From contig JAPLDA010000085.1 of assembly GCA_026391945.1 (NCBI GenBank), forward strand, positions 8,320 through 72,319: DNA of 64,000 bases, read 5' to 3'. How positions within the stretch are numbered: position 1 is the stretch's first letter; every line of letters starts with the position of its first letter. The position numbers and the translations under genes were made by a program. The notes under the pieces were generated by a model that made no database searches, was not told the origin of the DNA, and saw only the letters and a program-made list of their open reading frames with translations. Positions 48,571 to 59,011 of the stretch are shown here, piece after piece. The stretch is from Bacteroidota bacterium (lineage in GTDB: Bacteria > Bacteroidota > Bacteroidia > AKYH767-A > 2013-40CM-41-45).

Positions 48571-51084
48571 ATGAAAGAACAGGATCCTATTGAAATGCAA
48601 CCTTATGGTTTCGCGAACATCATCGACGATGATACGGAGTTCATTCCGTTGCTTTCCGTCGAAGACGAGGAACACATGAATGCACAGGAAGTTCCGCAGG
48701 AACTTGCCATTTTGCCATTAAAGAACACCGTACTTTTTCCGGGTGTTGTGATTCCGATTACCGTTGGCCGCGATAAATCGATTCACCTCATCAAAGATGC
48801 CTATAAAGGCGACAAGATCATCGGTGTTGTTTCACAGAAAGATTCTTCCATCGAAGATCCTAAATTTGAAGACCTGAACCAGGTAGGAACTGTTGCTCAC
48901 ATCATGAAAATGCTGAGAATGCCTGACGGGAATACAACGGTGATCATCCAGGGAAAGAAACGTTTCAAGCTTGATAAACTTCAGCAATCCGAACCTTACA
49001 TCCGCTGTTCTGTCATCCCTTTCCCGGAAGTGATTGCCGGTAAAACCGACAAAGAATTTCCCGCATTGGTAGGTTCGCTGAAGGACATGGCCTTGCAGAT
49101 CATCCAGCAAAGCCCGAACATCCCGTCGGACGCTGCTTTCGCAATACGAAACATTGAAAGCCATTCGTTCCTCATCAATTTTATTTCTTCAAACATGAAC
49201 CTCGATGTTTCGAAGAAACAGGAACTGCTTGAAATCGCCGACCAGAAAGAAAGAGCCACCAAGGTACTTGAACACCTCACGAAAGAACTTCAGTTGCTTG
49301 AATTGAAAAACCAGATTCAATCAAAAGTTCGTACTGACATTGATAAACAACAGCGCGAATATTTTCTGAACCAGCAGTTGAAAACCATCCAGGAAGAATT
49401 GGGTGGAAGCACTCCTGACAGGGAAGTGAGTGAGTTGAAAGAGCGCGCCAAAAATAAAAAGTGGAAAAAAGAAGTAGCCGAAGTGTTTCAAAAGGAAAGC
49501 GAACGGCTGGCGCGAATGAACCCTGCAGCGGCCGAGTATTCGGTGCTGATCAACTACCTCGATTTGTTGCTGGAACTTCCGTGGAATGAATATACGAACG
49601 ATAACTTTGACCTGAAGCATGCGCAGAAAGTGCTTGATAAAGATCATTACGGCCTGGAGAAAGTGAAAGCCCGCATCCTCGAATACCTGGCCGTATTGAA
49701 ACTGAAACGTGACATGAAATCGCCGATCATGTGTTTGTACGGCCCTCCGGGAGTCGGTAAAACTTCACTCGGAAAATCAATTGCCACTGCACTCGGAAGA
49801 AAATATGCGCGGATGTCGCTGGGAGGTTTAAGGGATGAAGCTGAAATCCGCGGCCACCGTAAAACATACATCGGTGCCATGCCCGGACGGATTATTCAGA
49901 ATCTGAAAAAGGCAAAATCATCCAATCCTGTTTTTGTACTGGATGAAATTGACAAACTCGGAAATGATTTTCATGGTGATCCTTCTTCTGCATTGCTTGA
50001 AGTACTGGATCCTGAACAGAACAATACGTTCTATGATAATTATGTTGAAGTGGAATATGATTTATCGAATGTGCTTTTCATTGCCACGGCCAATTCACTG
50101 AGCCGTGTTCAGCCGGCGTTGCTGGATCGCCTCGAGATCATTGAAATCAGCGGCTACACCATTGAGGAAAAAATCCAGATTGCCATCAAGCATTTGCTCG
50201 CCAAACAACTGGAAGCACATGGATTGAAAAAGGAACACATCAAACTTTCACCTAAGATCATTGAATACCTGATTGAGCGTTACACCCGTGAATCCGGCGT
50301 TCGCGGCCTTGAGAAAAAAATTGCATCGCTGGTGCGTGGTATTGCAAAATCGGTAGCGATGGAAGAAAAATACAACCCGGTTATTGCCGAAGAGGATGTT
50401 CACCGGATTCTGGGCGCTCCTATTTTTCAGAAAGATAAATACCAGACGAATGGTGTGGCCGGCGTGGTAACAGGTCTTGCATGGACACCGGTTGGAGGTG
50501 ATATTTTATTTATTGAAGTCAGTTTGAACAAGGGAAAGGGAAGACTTACCCTCACGGGGAATCTCGGCGATGTGATGAAAGAATCAGCCACCATTGCATT
50601 GGCTTACCTGAAAGCTCATTCAACTTCACTTGGTATTGATCCGCGCGTATTTGATGAGTGGGATATCCACATGCATGTACCGGAAGGAGCCACTCCGAAA
50701 GACGGACCATCAGCCGGTATCACGATGCTTACTGCTCTGGCATCGGCATTTACACAGCGAAAAGTAAAAGATCACCTGGCGATGACCGGTGAAATTACCT
50801 TGCGCGGAAAGGTTCTTCCTGTTGGAGGTATCAAGGAAAAAATTCTTGCCGCCAAACGCGCCGGCATCAGGGATATCATTTTATCAATCGACAATAAAAA
50901 GGACATTGAAGAAATAAAACAGGATTACCTGAAGGACCTTCATTTCTATTATGTGAAGGAAATGATTGAAGTGGTGAACCTTGCTCTCACGAAAGATAAA
51001 GTTAAAAACGCCCTCGACTTCACCATTAAGAATGGTATGGATGGATCGTCAAAGAAGAAAAAAGAAGAAGCCGGGTTGAATTGA
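48571..51084 (+). CDS. lon: ATP-dependent Lon protease
   Basis: LON N-domain, Walker [10 protein letters not shown], and catalytic PKDGPSAG serine motif. Confidence 0.92.
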   Translation: MKEQDPIEMQPYGFANIIDDDTEFIPLLSVEDEEHMNAQEVPQELAILPLKNTVLFPGVVIPITVGRDKSIHLIKDAYKGDKIIGVVSQKDSSIEDPKFEDLNQVGTVAHIMKMLRMPDGNTTVIIQGKKRFKLDKLQQSEPYIRCSVIPFPEVIAGKTDKEFPALVGSLKDMALQIIQQSPNIPSDAAFAIRNIESHSFLINFISSNMNLDVSKKQELLEIADQKERATKVLEHLTKELQLLELKNQIQSKVRTDIDKQQREYFLNQQLKTIQEELGGSTPDREVSELKERAKNKKWKKEVAEVFQKESERLARMNPAAAEYSVLINYLDLLLELPWNEYTNDNFDLKHAQKVLDKDHYGLEKVKARILEYLAVLKLKRDMKSPIMCLYGPPGVGKTSLGKSIATALGRKYARMSLGGLRDEAEIRGHRKTYIGAMPGRIIQNLKKAKSSNPVFVLDEIDKLGNDFHGDPSSALLEVLDPEQNNTFYDNYVEVEYDLSNVLFIATANSLSRVQPALLDRLEIIEISGYTIEEKIQIAIKHLLAKQLEAHGLKKEHIKLSPKIIEYLIERYTRESGVRGLEKKIASLVRGIAKSVAMEEKYNPVIAEEDVHRILGAPIFQKDKYQTNGVAGVVTGLAWTPVGGDILFIEVSLNKGKGRLTLTGNLGDVMKESATIALAYLKAHSTSLGIDPRVFDEWDIHMHVPEGATPKDGPSAGITMLTALASAFTQRKVKDHLAMTGEITLRGKVLPVGGIKEKILAAKRAGIRDIILSIDNKKDIEEIKQDYLKDLHFYYVKEMIEVVNLALTKDKVKNALDFTIKNGMDGSSKKKKEEAGLN

Positions 51085-51125
51085 ATTTTCTTTCCTGCAT
51101 TTTCCATCCGTCAGTTTGATGGAAT

Positions 51126-51161
51126 AAAAAATGGCTCACCAAATGAGTGAGCCATTTTTTT
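51126..51161. terminator. bidirectional terminator between lon and the Spy-like gene
   Basis: AAAAAATGGCTCAC-caaat-GAGTGAGCCATTTTTTT. Confidence 0.8.
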
Positions 51162-51177
51162 GAAGGTATGAGGAAGA

Positions 51178-51645
51178 TTACCTGGGAGCAGGAGGTTTTC
51201 TGTCGCCCCTTTTTTCCTGGATGAGGTCAAGAAGTTTCCGTTTAAAATCCTCTTCTGCGCGATAGAGTTTCGCAATTTTCTTCATTGGTAAGACCTGTTT
51301 GAACTGGGGATTGTATTTTTTCTGCAGGTCAAGTTCACTCTGGCGGGATGCAATTTCAGTATCAATGACTTTTTCAATTTCCTTGTCAGTCATTTCATCG
51401 AAATTCATTCTTGCATTGACGAGGTTTTCCCTGCGTGATTTGCGCACAGCTTCCAGTTCATCGGTGTACTTGTTGTACACTGGCCAGAATACTCTTGCTT
51501 CTTCCGGCGACAGGTTAAGCCGTTCGGTGAGGAAACCAACTTTCATGGCTTCCACTTTTTCCCTGGCAGGTTTTGGTTCCTGGGCCATGGCGGAAGAAGA
51601 AACGAACAGGATCAGAACAGTGATGAGCTTTTTATATTTTTTCAT
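51178..51645 (-). CDS. Spy/CpxP-like periplasmic protein (LTxxQ-type)
   Basis: Signal peptide, ~135-aa charged helical mature protein, last gene of the ECF sigma operon. Confidence 0.5.
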   Translation of the reverse strand: MKKYKKLITVLILFVSSSAMAQEPKPAREKVEAMKVGFLTERLNLSPEEARVFWPVYNKYTDELEAVRKSRRENLVNARMNFDEMTDKEIEKVIDTEIASRQSELDLQKKYNPQFKQVLPMKKIAKLYRAEEDFKRKLLDLIQEKRGDRKPPAPR

Positions 51646-51702
51646 TGGTATCCTTTTATTTAATGTAGACAGTGGTGGAAATATAATGGATGGGTCTTGT
51701 GA

Positions 51703-52266
51703 TTACAGGTGGTTTTCAAGTTGTGAAATGTCAATGTCATTATCAATCAGGTATTGTTCCATGCCGGCGTTTTCATTCACTTCAGTGCTCCCGCTTTGAA
51801 GTTCCAGCGCTTCCACAAGAGTTGATTCATCCATTGTAGCAAGGTAAGAGGAGTTCTGAATATCATCACACGATAAATAGTTATCCGGAGATTCTACTTT
51901 TACCGGTTTCGATAAATACCGGATACCAGCTATGCAAAGAATGATTACCATGACAACTGCTAAAGCGTATTTGGGACGGAGTGAAATGGAAATCCATTCA
52001 CCGAAAATACTTTTTTTGTTTTTTGCATCAATGATCCGTTGTTGAACAAGAGAAGGCAGAGAATCAAAATAACCTTCCGGAACAGCGAACGGATTTTTTT
52101 TGTTCATCCGTTCCAGGTCAGGAAGCTCACTGATTTTATGTTGAATCTCTCCAGCAAGCGAATCAAAATAATTTTCCGGAACACGAAACGGATTTTCCTT
52201 TTTTATTTTGGAAAGTTCCGGTGCCAGTTTCTCCAGTTCGTCGTCGCTTAATAAATCGGGTTTCAT
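51703..52266 (-). CDS. putative anti-sigma factor (single-pass membrane protein)
   Basis: Sits immediately downstream of the ECF sigma. Central TM helix (ALAVVMVIILCIAGI). Duplicated NPFxVPExYFDSL motif in the cytoplasmic part. Confidence 0.55.
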   Translation of the reverse strand: MKPDLLSDDELEKLAPELSKIKKENPFRVPENYFDSLAGEIQHKISELPDLERMNKKNPFAVPEGYFDSLPSLVQQRIIDAKNKKSIFGEWISISLRPKYALAVVMVIILCIAGIRYLSKPVKVESPDNYLSCDDIQNSSYLATMDESTLVEALELQSGSTEVNENAGMEQYLIDNDIDISQLENHL

Positions 52267-52310
52267 TTTATTCTGATATGGCTTTTTTGATGGCTGATCT
52301 CATGAATGGT

Positions 52311-52856
52311 TTAATTCGATTTGATGTATTTTTCAATCTTTTTCACTGCATGATGGTAAGATGCCTTCAGCGCTCCTGTTGTCAGGTTCAGTATCGCTGC
52401 AATTTCCTCGTATTTCATTCCATCAAAGTACTTCATGTTAAAGATGATCCGCTGTTGCGTTGGCAATTTTAAAACAGCTTGCTGAAGTTTCAGTTGTATC
52501 CTGTCGCCGCTGAAATAAACATCGTTTGTAAGATGTCCTGAAAGTTCGTGTTCAACATCACTGAACCGGATGAGAAATCTCTTCTTTTTCTGGTTCAGAA
52601 AGGTGATGGATTCGTTCGTGGCAATCCGGTAAAGCCAGGTATACAATTGTGAATCTTCCCTGAACCCGTCGAGTGCTTTCCATACTTTGATGAAGGTATT
52701 CTGGATCACATCATTTGCATCATCATGGTCAATGACAATTTTGCGGACATGCCAGTACAAACGCTGCTGGTATTTTCTGACGAGCAGGTTGAAAGCATAG
52801 TGACGGGTGTCCTCGCTTTTGAATTGTTCAAGAAGTTCGTGATCGGTATATTCCAT
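52311..52856 (-). CDS. ECF-type RNA polymerase sigma-70 factor
   Basis: Region 2 (...QNTFIKVWKA...YTWLYRIATN) and region 4 HTH (YEEIAAILNLTTGALKASYHHA). Confidence 0.85.
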   Translation of the reverse strand: MEYTDHELLEQFKSEDTRHYAFNLLVRKYQQRLYWHVRKIVIDHDDANDVIQNTFIKVWKALDGFREDSQLYTWLYRIATNESITFLNQKKKRFLIRFSDVEHELSGHLTNDVYFSGDRIQLKLQQAVLKLPTQQRIIFNMKYFDGMKYEEIAAILNLTTGALKASYHHAVKKIEKYIKSN

Positions 52857-52933
52857 CAGGTTGAATCAGGAAAACGGTGAACGGGGAATGGGTAAGGACA
52901 ACATATTCATCATGCACCGATCCTTCCGTTTCA

Positions 52934-53905
52934 TTAAAAATGCACTTCAGATTTTTTTCGATTCAGCACCTGTTCAGCGGCAGCCACAATGTTTACACTG
53001 TCGAGTCCGAATTTGATCATCAGTTGTTCCGGCGTTCCGCTTTCTCCGAAGGAGTCATTCACTGCAACAAATTCCATTGGAACGGGATGGTGCCTGGCAA
53101 GAACCTGTGCGATGGCATCGCCTAACCCGCCATGAACCTGGTGTTCTTCTGCAGTGACGACACAACCTGTTTTTTTCACAGACCGTAGGACGGCCTCGGT
53201 GTCCAATGGTTTAATCGTATGGATGTTGATGACTTCAGCATGTATTCCCTTCTCTTCCAAAATCTCGCATGCTTCGAGAGATTTCCAGACGAGGTGGCCG
53301 GTTGCAAAAATGGTGATATCATTTCCTTCATTCAAAAGGATGGCTTTCCCGATTTCAAATTTCTGATCAGCAGGTGTGAAGTTCGGTACCACAGGCCTTC
53401 CAAACCTCAGGTAAACCGGTCCATGATGTTTTGAAATGGCAATGGTGGCTGCTTTGGTCTGGTTGTAATCACAGGTGTTGATCACCACCATTCCGGGAAG
53501 CATTCGCATCATCCCGATATCTTCGAGGATCTGGTGAGTGGCTCCATCTTCACCGAGGGTGATGCCGGCATGTGAAGCACATATTTTTACATTCTTATCC
53601 GAGTAAGCGATCGACTGGCGGATCTGGTCATACACCCTGCCGGTAGAAAAATTTGCGAACGTTCCTGTGTAAGGAATCTTGCCTCCGATTGTTAACCCGG
53701 CGGCAATGCCCATCATGTTTGCTTCTGCAATTCCTATTTGGAAAAACCGATCAGGAAATTCTTTTTCGAATGCATCCATTTTCAATGAACCGGTGAGGTC
53801 GGCACAAAGGGCAACGACATCAGGATTTGATTTTCCAAGTTCGAGTAATCCGGCTCCAAATCCAGAACGTGTATCTTTTTTATCGGTGTAAGTAAATTTA
53901 TTCAT
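52934..53905 (-). CDS. transketolase, C-terminal (pyrimidine-binding + C-terminal domain) subunit
   Basis: Split-transketolase C half (...GEDGATHQ..EDI..MR.LPGM...). Confidence 0.85.
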   Translation of the reverse strand: MNKFTYTDKKDTRSGFGAGLLELGKSNPDVVALCADLTGSLKMDAFEKEFPDRFFQIGIAEANMMGIAAGLTIGGKIPYTGTFANFSTGRVYDQIRQSIAYSDKNVKICASHAGITLGEDGATHQILEDIGMMRMLPGMVVINTCDYNQTKAATIAISKHHGPVYLRFGRPVVPNFTPADQKFEIGKAILLNEGNDITIFATGHLVWKSLEACEILEEKGIHAEVINIHTIKPLDTEAVLRSVKKTGCVVTAEEHQVHGGLGDAIAQVLARHHPVPMEFVAVNDSFGESGTPEQLMIKFGLDSVNIVAAAEQVLNRKKSEVHF

Positions 53906-53955
53906 GTTGTCTTTTTTTTCTTGACTCTTGATTCTTAATTCCTGACTCTAATTTC

Positions 53956-55374
53956 CTAATTCAGCACTACTACCTTCGAATCGCCGGACGTAATCGAAAA
54001 TTTCCGTTCAATGGTATAGATTGATTCTTTGGAATTTCTCGGCCTGAACACAACATGGTAATTTCCTGGTTGCATCACGACGGTTTCCTTGGTGGAATTT
54101 TCATCGAGGCTGTACACCAGTTTCATTTCGTTTTTTTCTTCCATAAAAATTCCTCCGTATCCCGGGCCATTCATGATGAAGGTTGCAATGCCGGGTTGTG
54201 GAATCTGGATGGTGGTGGTTTTACTTTGGGCAATATCCACATCCGGCAAGTTGATTCTTGGCAGTGTCAGAATTTCAAGATCGTATTTCCCGATGATGTA
54301 TTTTTCCGTGGTGTTGAAATCCTGTACCACCAGCGTTTTCATATCATTGTGTTTCCTGATGATCGTTTGAAGTTTTTTGTATTCAGGCATGCCCTCAAAT
54401 TTCAGGTTGAGATAACCCTGTGGTGCGTCAATTCCAACAATGGTGTGTTTCCCCGGAGTAAGAGTGATGGAATCTTTGCTGACGGGAGGAATGGTGTGCA
54501 CCACAACCTTATACGTAGCCAGCGGATCAATCGTCAATGTATCAGGATTGCCGTGGCTGTTGATGGTATGAATGAAATTGTAGCGGATGTTTCCGAAGGT
54601 ATCATAAAAAGTCATGTCCACATTGGTCTCCGTCGGTTTATTGTTTGCATCCAGCAGGTTCACCTGCATCGTGGTGTTGTTCAACGCCTGTGATATCACC
54701 ACATTCAACGCTTCACGGAATGTTTCTTCACTGGTAGCGTCATAATACCTTCCGACACAATCAAACGTTTTTTTCAGGGATTCATCGAGACCCATGCCGA
54801 TGACAAAAGGTTTGAGCGCCACTCCTTTTTTCTGCAAGGCCAGCGACACCGCGCATGGATCGCCTTTGCATTCTTCAATTCCGTCGGTAACGAGAATGAT
54901 GATGTTCCTGCTTTTGCTTTGTGGAAAATCATTTGCGCACAATTCAAGTGAACGCGCAATGGGAGTGGTGCCTTTTGGTGAAAGGCCTTTCAAAACTTCC
55001 TGGATTTTTGTGACGTTATTTTTTCCGAAGGGAACTTCGAGCCTGGTATCATCACAGTCCTGCGGCGGAAATGGTTTCTGATGGCCATACACACGAAGTG
55101 CAAGTTCTATGTTATCCAGTTTCCTGAGGCTATCCAGCAATTGAGTCATCAGTTTTTTCGCCACTTCAATTTTTGTTCCTGTTTGCCATTTCCCATACAT
55201 ACTTTGTGATGCATCAAACAGAAACTCAATCCTCGTAAGAGTGGCATCGTCTTTTTCTTTTTTCTGTTTCTGAGCTGAAGAGGTGAGGCAGGAGGCAGGA
55301 ACCAAAAGGCAGGACAGGAACAGGTGGAAGATTAAAGATCTTAAATTTGAAATTTGAGAAAAGAGATTTTTCAT
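53956..55374 (-). CDS. VWA (von Willebrand factor type A) domain-containing exported protein
   Basis: Signal peptide. MIDAS-like DASQSM...TPIARSL...LVTDGIE in the N-terminal half. Confidence 0.7.
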   Translation of the reverse strand: MKNLFSQISNLRSLIFHLFLSCLLVPASCLTSSAQKQKKEKDDATLTRIEFLFDASQSMYGKWQTGTKIEVAKKLMTQLLDSLRKLDNIELALRVYGHQKPFPPQDCDDTRLEVPFGKNNVTKIQEVLKGLSPKGTTPIARSLELCANDFPQSKSRNIIILVTDGIEECKGDPCAVSLALQKKGVALKPFVIGMGLDESLKKTFDCVGRYYDATSEETFREALNVVISQALNNTTMQVNLLDANNKPTETNVDMTFYDTFGNIRYNFIHTINSHGNPDTLTIDPLATYKVVVHTIPPVSKDSITLTPGKHTIVGIDAPQGYLNLKFEGMPEYKKLQTIIRKHNDMKTLVVQDFNTTEKYIIGKYDLEILTLPRINLPDVDIAQSKTTTIQIPQPGIATFIMNGPGYGGIFMEEKNEMKLVYSLDENSTKETVVMQPGNYHVVFRPRNSKESIYTIERKFSITSGDSKVVVLN

Positions 55375-55419
55375 TTGAATAATCGTTGTTAAAAATTTTC
55401 TGAATGAAAGAGAGAACAG

Positions 55420-56265
55420 TTAATAATCTCCGAGTGTCTCCTCCAGTTGTGACAAAGCTGTTTTCATTTGTTCGTCGTTTGGCGCCACACCGTGCCATTT
55501 GTGAGTGTGCATCATAAAGTCCACACCTTGTCCCATCACTGTTTTCATCAGGATCACCACCGGTTGTTTTTTGCCGGTTAATGATTGTGCCTGTTGAATG
55601 GTGGCGAGGATTGCACTCATGTCATGACCATCCATTTCGAGAACGTTCCATCCGAAACTTTCGAATTTAGGCCTGAGGTTTCCGTAAGGCATCACCTGTT
55701 CCACGGAACCATCGATTTGTTGGTTGTTAACGTCAACGGTAAGAATGATATTGTCGGTTTTCTTCGCACCGGCATACATCGCTGCTTCCCAGATTTGTCC
55801 TTCTTCCATTTCTCCATCGCCACACAAACAATACACGAGTCTTTCATCATGATTTAATTTTTTTGCAAGAGCCGTTCCGATAGCAGCCGACAATCCTTGT
55901 CCGAGTGAACCGGAAGCAATCCTGATTCCGGGCAACCCTTCATGGGTTGCAGGATGACCTTGTAAGCGGGAATTTAATTTCCGGAAAGTTGACAGTTCTT
56001 TTATTTCAAAATAGCCGGTTCGTGCAAGCACGCTGTACCAGAGGGGCGACACATGACCGTTGGAAAGAAAAAAAATGTCTTCACCATTTCCGTTCATGTT
56101 GAAATTCTTAGGTTGAAGTTTCAGGAAATGAAAATAAAGAGCCACGAGGAAGTCGGTGCAGCCCAGTGATCCTCCCGGGTGGCCGGAACTGGAACCATTG
56201 ACCATGCGGATGATATCTCTTCTTACCTGTGAAGCAATGCGCGATAAATTTTCAGGTGTATTCAT
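55420..56265 (-). CDS. transketolase, N-terminal (thiamine-diphosphate-binding) subunit
   Basis: SSGHPGGSLG and CGDGEMEEGQ TPP motifs. Confidence 0.85.
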   Translation of the reverse strand: MNTPENLSRIASQVRRDIIRMVNGSSSGHPGGSLGCTDFLVALYFHFLKLQPKNFNMNGNGEDIFFLSNGHVSPLWYSVLARTGYFEIKELSTFRKLNSRLQGHPATHEGLPGIRIASGSLGQGLSAAIGTALAKKLNHDERLVYCLCGDGEMEEGQIWEAAMYAGAKKTDNIILTVDVNNQQIDGSVEQVMPYGNLRPKFESFGWNVLEMDGHDMSAILATIQQAQSLTGKKQPVVILMKTVMGQGVDFMMHTHKWHGVAPNDEQMKTALSQLEETLGDY

Positions 56266-56439
56266 TTAGAATTTATTGAATGGATTTTTCCGGGAATGAA
56301 TGATGAATTGAATACGAATTTGAGCATACATGAATTCGATTTTCATTTTTGTCAAAAGTAATTTTTTTGGAATGGAGAAATGTTTTGACGGCCCTGAGTT
56401 ATCAAGAAAATATGAACATCAATGACGATGCAACCGGAA

Positions 56440-56805
56440 TCAATCTTCGGAGAAGAAATCATCCAGCATTCTCCGGTCTTTTTTGGTTGGCCTCCCGGTA
56501 CCGGGATCGCGGTAAATGGTAACCCGGGATGCGCGAGCTTTGAAATTTTCAATTTCTTCAGACGGGGTCTGGTCAAGATAGTAATCCGTAATCAGTTTTG
56601 CTGATAACCGGTTCTCCGTCAGTCTTAAAATTTTAATAGTTCTTGTCAGCCCTGTTCGTTTGATTTTTATTTCATCTCCTTCCTGAACCATCCTCGACGC
56701 TTTGACCGGTATTGCTGAAAGGATGATTCTTCCTTTTTCACAGGCATCTCCCGCCTGTGTCCGTGTTTTGAAAAGCCGTACAGCCCACAACCACTTGTCA
56801 ATCCT
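56440..56805 (-). CDS. hslR: ribosome-associated heat shock protein Hsp15 (S4 RNA-binding domain)
   Basis: MRIDKWLWAVRLFKTRTQA S4 motif. Confidence 0.8.
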   Translation of the reverse strand, partial: RIDKWLWAVRLFKTRTQAGDACEKGRIILSAIPVKASRMVQEGDEIKIKRTGLTRTIKILRLTENRLSAKLITDYYLDQTPSEEIENFKARASRVTIYRDPGTGRPTKKDRRMLDDFFSED

Positions 56806-56934
56806 CATTCTTGTGATCTCCGGTTTCATTGCAACAAAAGTATCAATTCGTTGCTTATTAATTTTATCTTTGCCGCCCGAAAATTAACGGAGATCGCGTT
56901 GGAGCGACCTTCGGAAACTGAAAAGAAAGCTATT

Positions 56935-58026
56935 ATGAAGTGTGGAATTGTCGGATTGCCCAATGTAGGGAAATCAACTTTGTTTAATTGCCTGAGCAAT
57001 GCCAAAGCGCAGGCAGCGAATTTTCCTTTTTGTACCATCGAGCCCAACCTGGGTGTGATTACCGTTCCGGATGAACGGCTGAACAAACTCGAAGATCTCG
57101 TGAAACCGCAGCGGGTGCAGCCTACAACGGTTGAGATTGTGGATATTGCCGGCCTCGTGAAGGGCGCCAGCAAAGGTGAGGGGTTGGGCAACCAGTTCCT
57201 GAGCAACATTCGTGAATGTGATGCCATCATCCATGTGATCCGTTGTTTCGACGATCCAAACGTGGTACACGTGGATGGCAGCGTGAATCCTGTCAGGGAC
57301 AAAGAGGTAATTGATACCGAACTGCAGTTGAAAGATCTGGATTCGGTCGATAAGAAAATCCAGCGTTTGGAGCGCGTGATAAAAAGCGGCGACAAAGATG
57401 CCGTGAAGGGAATCGAAGTCCTTAAAAAATACAAGGCTCATCTCGAATCGGGAAAACCTGCGCGGAGTGTTCAGGTAGATGAAAAGGACCAGGAATTCAT
57501 TGCAGATATTTTTTTGCTGACGGCAAAACCGGTCATGTACGTCTGCAACGTGGACGAAAAATCGGTTCTTACAGGAAACAAATATGTGGATGAACTGAAA
57601 GCTCTCGTGAAAGATGAAAAGGCAGAAGTGCTGATCATCGCTGCAGCCATCGAAGCGGATATCGCCATGCTCGACAGCTTTGATGACCGTGAAGCATTTC
57701 TCCATGACATCGGACTCACCGAGTCGGGCGTTACCAAACTGATCAAGGCGGCTTACCGTTTGCTGGATCTCTCCACGTATTTCACTGCGGGAGAAAAAGA
57801 AGTAAGGGCATGGACCATCCACCAGGGAATGACGGCTCCGCAAGCGGCAGGAGTGATCCATACGGATTTCGAAAAAGGATTTATCAAAGCCGAGGTGATC
57901 AGCTACAACGATTTTATTGCCTATGGCTCTGAAACAGCCTGCCGGGATGCCGGGAAACTGAATATCGAAGGCAAGGAATACGTGGTTCACGACGGCGATG
58001 TGATGCATTTCCGGTTCAATGTCTGA
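56935..58026 (+). CDS. ychF: redox-regulated ribosome-binding ATPase YchF
   Basis: GIVGLPNVGKSTLFN P-loop, ...VDIAGLVKGAS..., and a TGS-like C-terminus. Confidence 0.9.
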   Translation: MKCGIVGLPNVGKSTLFNCLSNAKAQAANFPFCTIEPNLGVITVPDERLNKLEDLVKPQRVQPTTVEIVDIAGLVKGASKGEGLGNQFLSNIRECDAIIHVIRCFDDPNVVHVDGSVNPVRDKEVIDTELQLKDLDSVDKKIQRLERVIKSGDKDAVKGIEVLKKYKAHLESGKPARSVQVDEKDQEFIADIFLLTAKPVMYVCNVDEKSVLTGNKYVDELKALVKDEKAEVLIIAAAIEADIAMLDSFDDREAFLHDIGLTESGVTKLIKAAYRLLDLSTYFTAGEKEVRAWTIHQGMTAPQAAGVIHTDFEKGFIKAEVISYNDFIAYGSETACRDAGKLNIEGKEYVVHDGDVMHFRFNV

Positions 58027-58215
58027 CGGAAGCCTTTTTTTTCAATAAATATTTTTCAATTTTTAATGATTAATATGTAATTTCGCTACGTCTTTTCAAT
58101 TTTTGAAGAGTTATTAAAACTGTAGCATACCTAAACGGGGTCGAAATAAAAATCATTCTTTGTGCGTCATTCACGAGATGAAAAAAGTTGAACACATTTT
58201 TTACAATCTACATCA

Positions 58216-59001
58216 ATGAGAATCAAGATTTCCTTTTTGAAAGTTCATGGGAGTAATGGTTTAGTCCCTCTTCATCATCAGAAAATTATTTCCGCATTCA
58301 TGGAAGAAGTGATCCGTGAACTTCCTATCCAGTCGGAGTTTTATAATTTTTCTTCTTTGAAGGGAACTTCGAAAGTTCAGAACGGGCAAATCCGTTTTCT
58401 TTCATCCAAAATATCGCTGGTGATTTCTGCTCCCGAGGCGGAATTTGCAGAGCAACTGGTGAAGAAAATATTTGACCGGCGACTGGTGAGTTTTGCCAAA
58501 CTCACCCTGGTTCCCAAAGCGTACCAGGTCATTCCTGACCCTGATTTTAAAACGGTCATGAAATATGTCTGCATTTCTCCGCTGGTTCCGCAACAACCTT
58601 TTATTGCGGAAGACATTGCTCCCGAGCCGCTGGATCCGCGCACCCAGGAAATTTCCGATTTGTTTTTCGAGACCATCCTCAACCGGATGGAACAGGCAGG
58701 GTTTACAGAAAAACAGCTCAATGAATTTGCGGAATTCGAAATCACTCCCGATCCGCAGTATATCGACCGTCTGGTTGCATCACAAAAAAAGTTTGCCCGC
58801 ATTTATAAAAACAATTTCAACCAGACTATTTTCGGATACCTGCTTCCTTTCACTCTTCATGCACATCCGCAGGTACATAAGTTCATCTGGGATTGCGGAA
58901 TGGGGTTGTTTACCACGCAAGGTTATGGTATGATTGACGTGGTCGGAAATGAAGCAGCAGCTGACCTTTCGGATACCCAGGCTCCTCCTGCTGAAAATTA
59001 A
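58216..59001 (+). CDS. cas6: Cas6-like RAMP-superfamily protein (solitary; no array or other cas genes in the window)
   Basis: N-terminus MRIKISFLKV...LVPLHHQKIISAFMEEVI parallels Cas6 MRf.i.l......vPynHqyylqgliY. C-terminal glycine-rich loop GMGLFTTQGYG matches GhGxxxxxGhG. Length of 261 aa fits a duplicated RRM/ferredoxin fold. Confidence 0.6.
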   Translation: MRIKISFLKVHGSNGLVPLHHQKIISAFMEEVIRELPIQSEFYNFSSLKGTSKVQNGQIRFLSSKISLVISAPEAEFAEQLVKKIFDRRLVSFAKLTLVPKAYQVIPDPDFKTVMKYVCISPLVPQQPFIAEDIAPEPLDPRTQEISDLFFETILNRMEQAGFTEKQLNEFAEFEITPDPQYIDRLVASQKKFARIYKNNFNQTIFGYLLPFTLHAHPQVHKFIWDCGMGLFTTQGYGMIDVVGNEAAADLSDTQAPPAEN

Positions 59002-59011
59002 CACGGGGAAA

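Noticed and set aside
52039-52251. A plus-strand ORF with duplicated KIIFRNTKRIF segments.
   Set aside because: It is the antisense image of the duplicated NPFxVPExYFDSL motif in the anti-sigma gene and has no independent start context.
58027-59011. Search for a CRISPR array or leader next to the Cas6-like gene.
   Set aside because: Only a 12-bp AT-rich direct repeat (TTTTCAATTTTT, two copies 40 bp apart) is present. There are no regularly spaced 25-40-bp repeats anywhere in the window.
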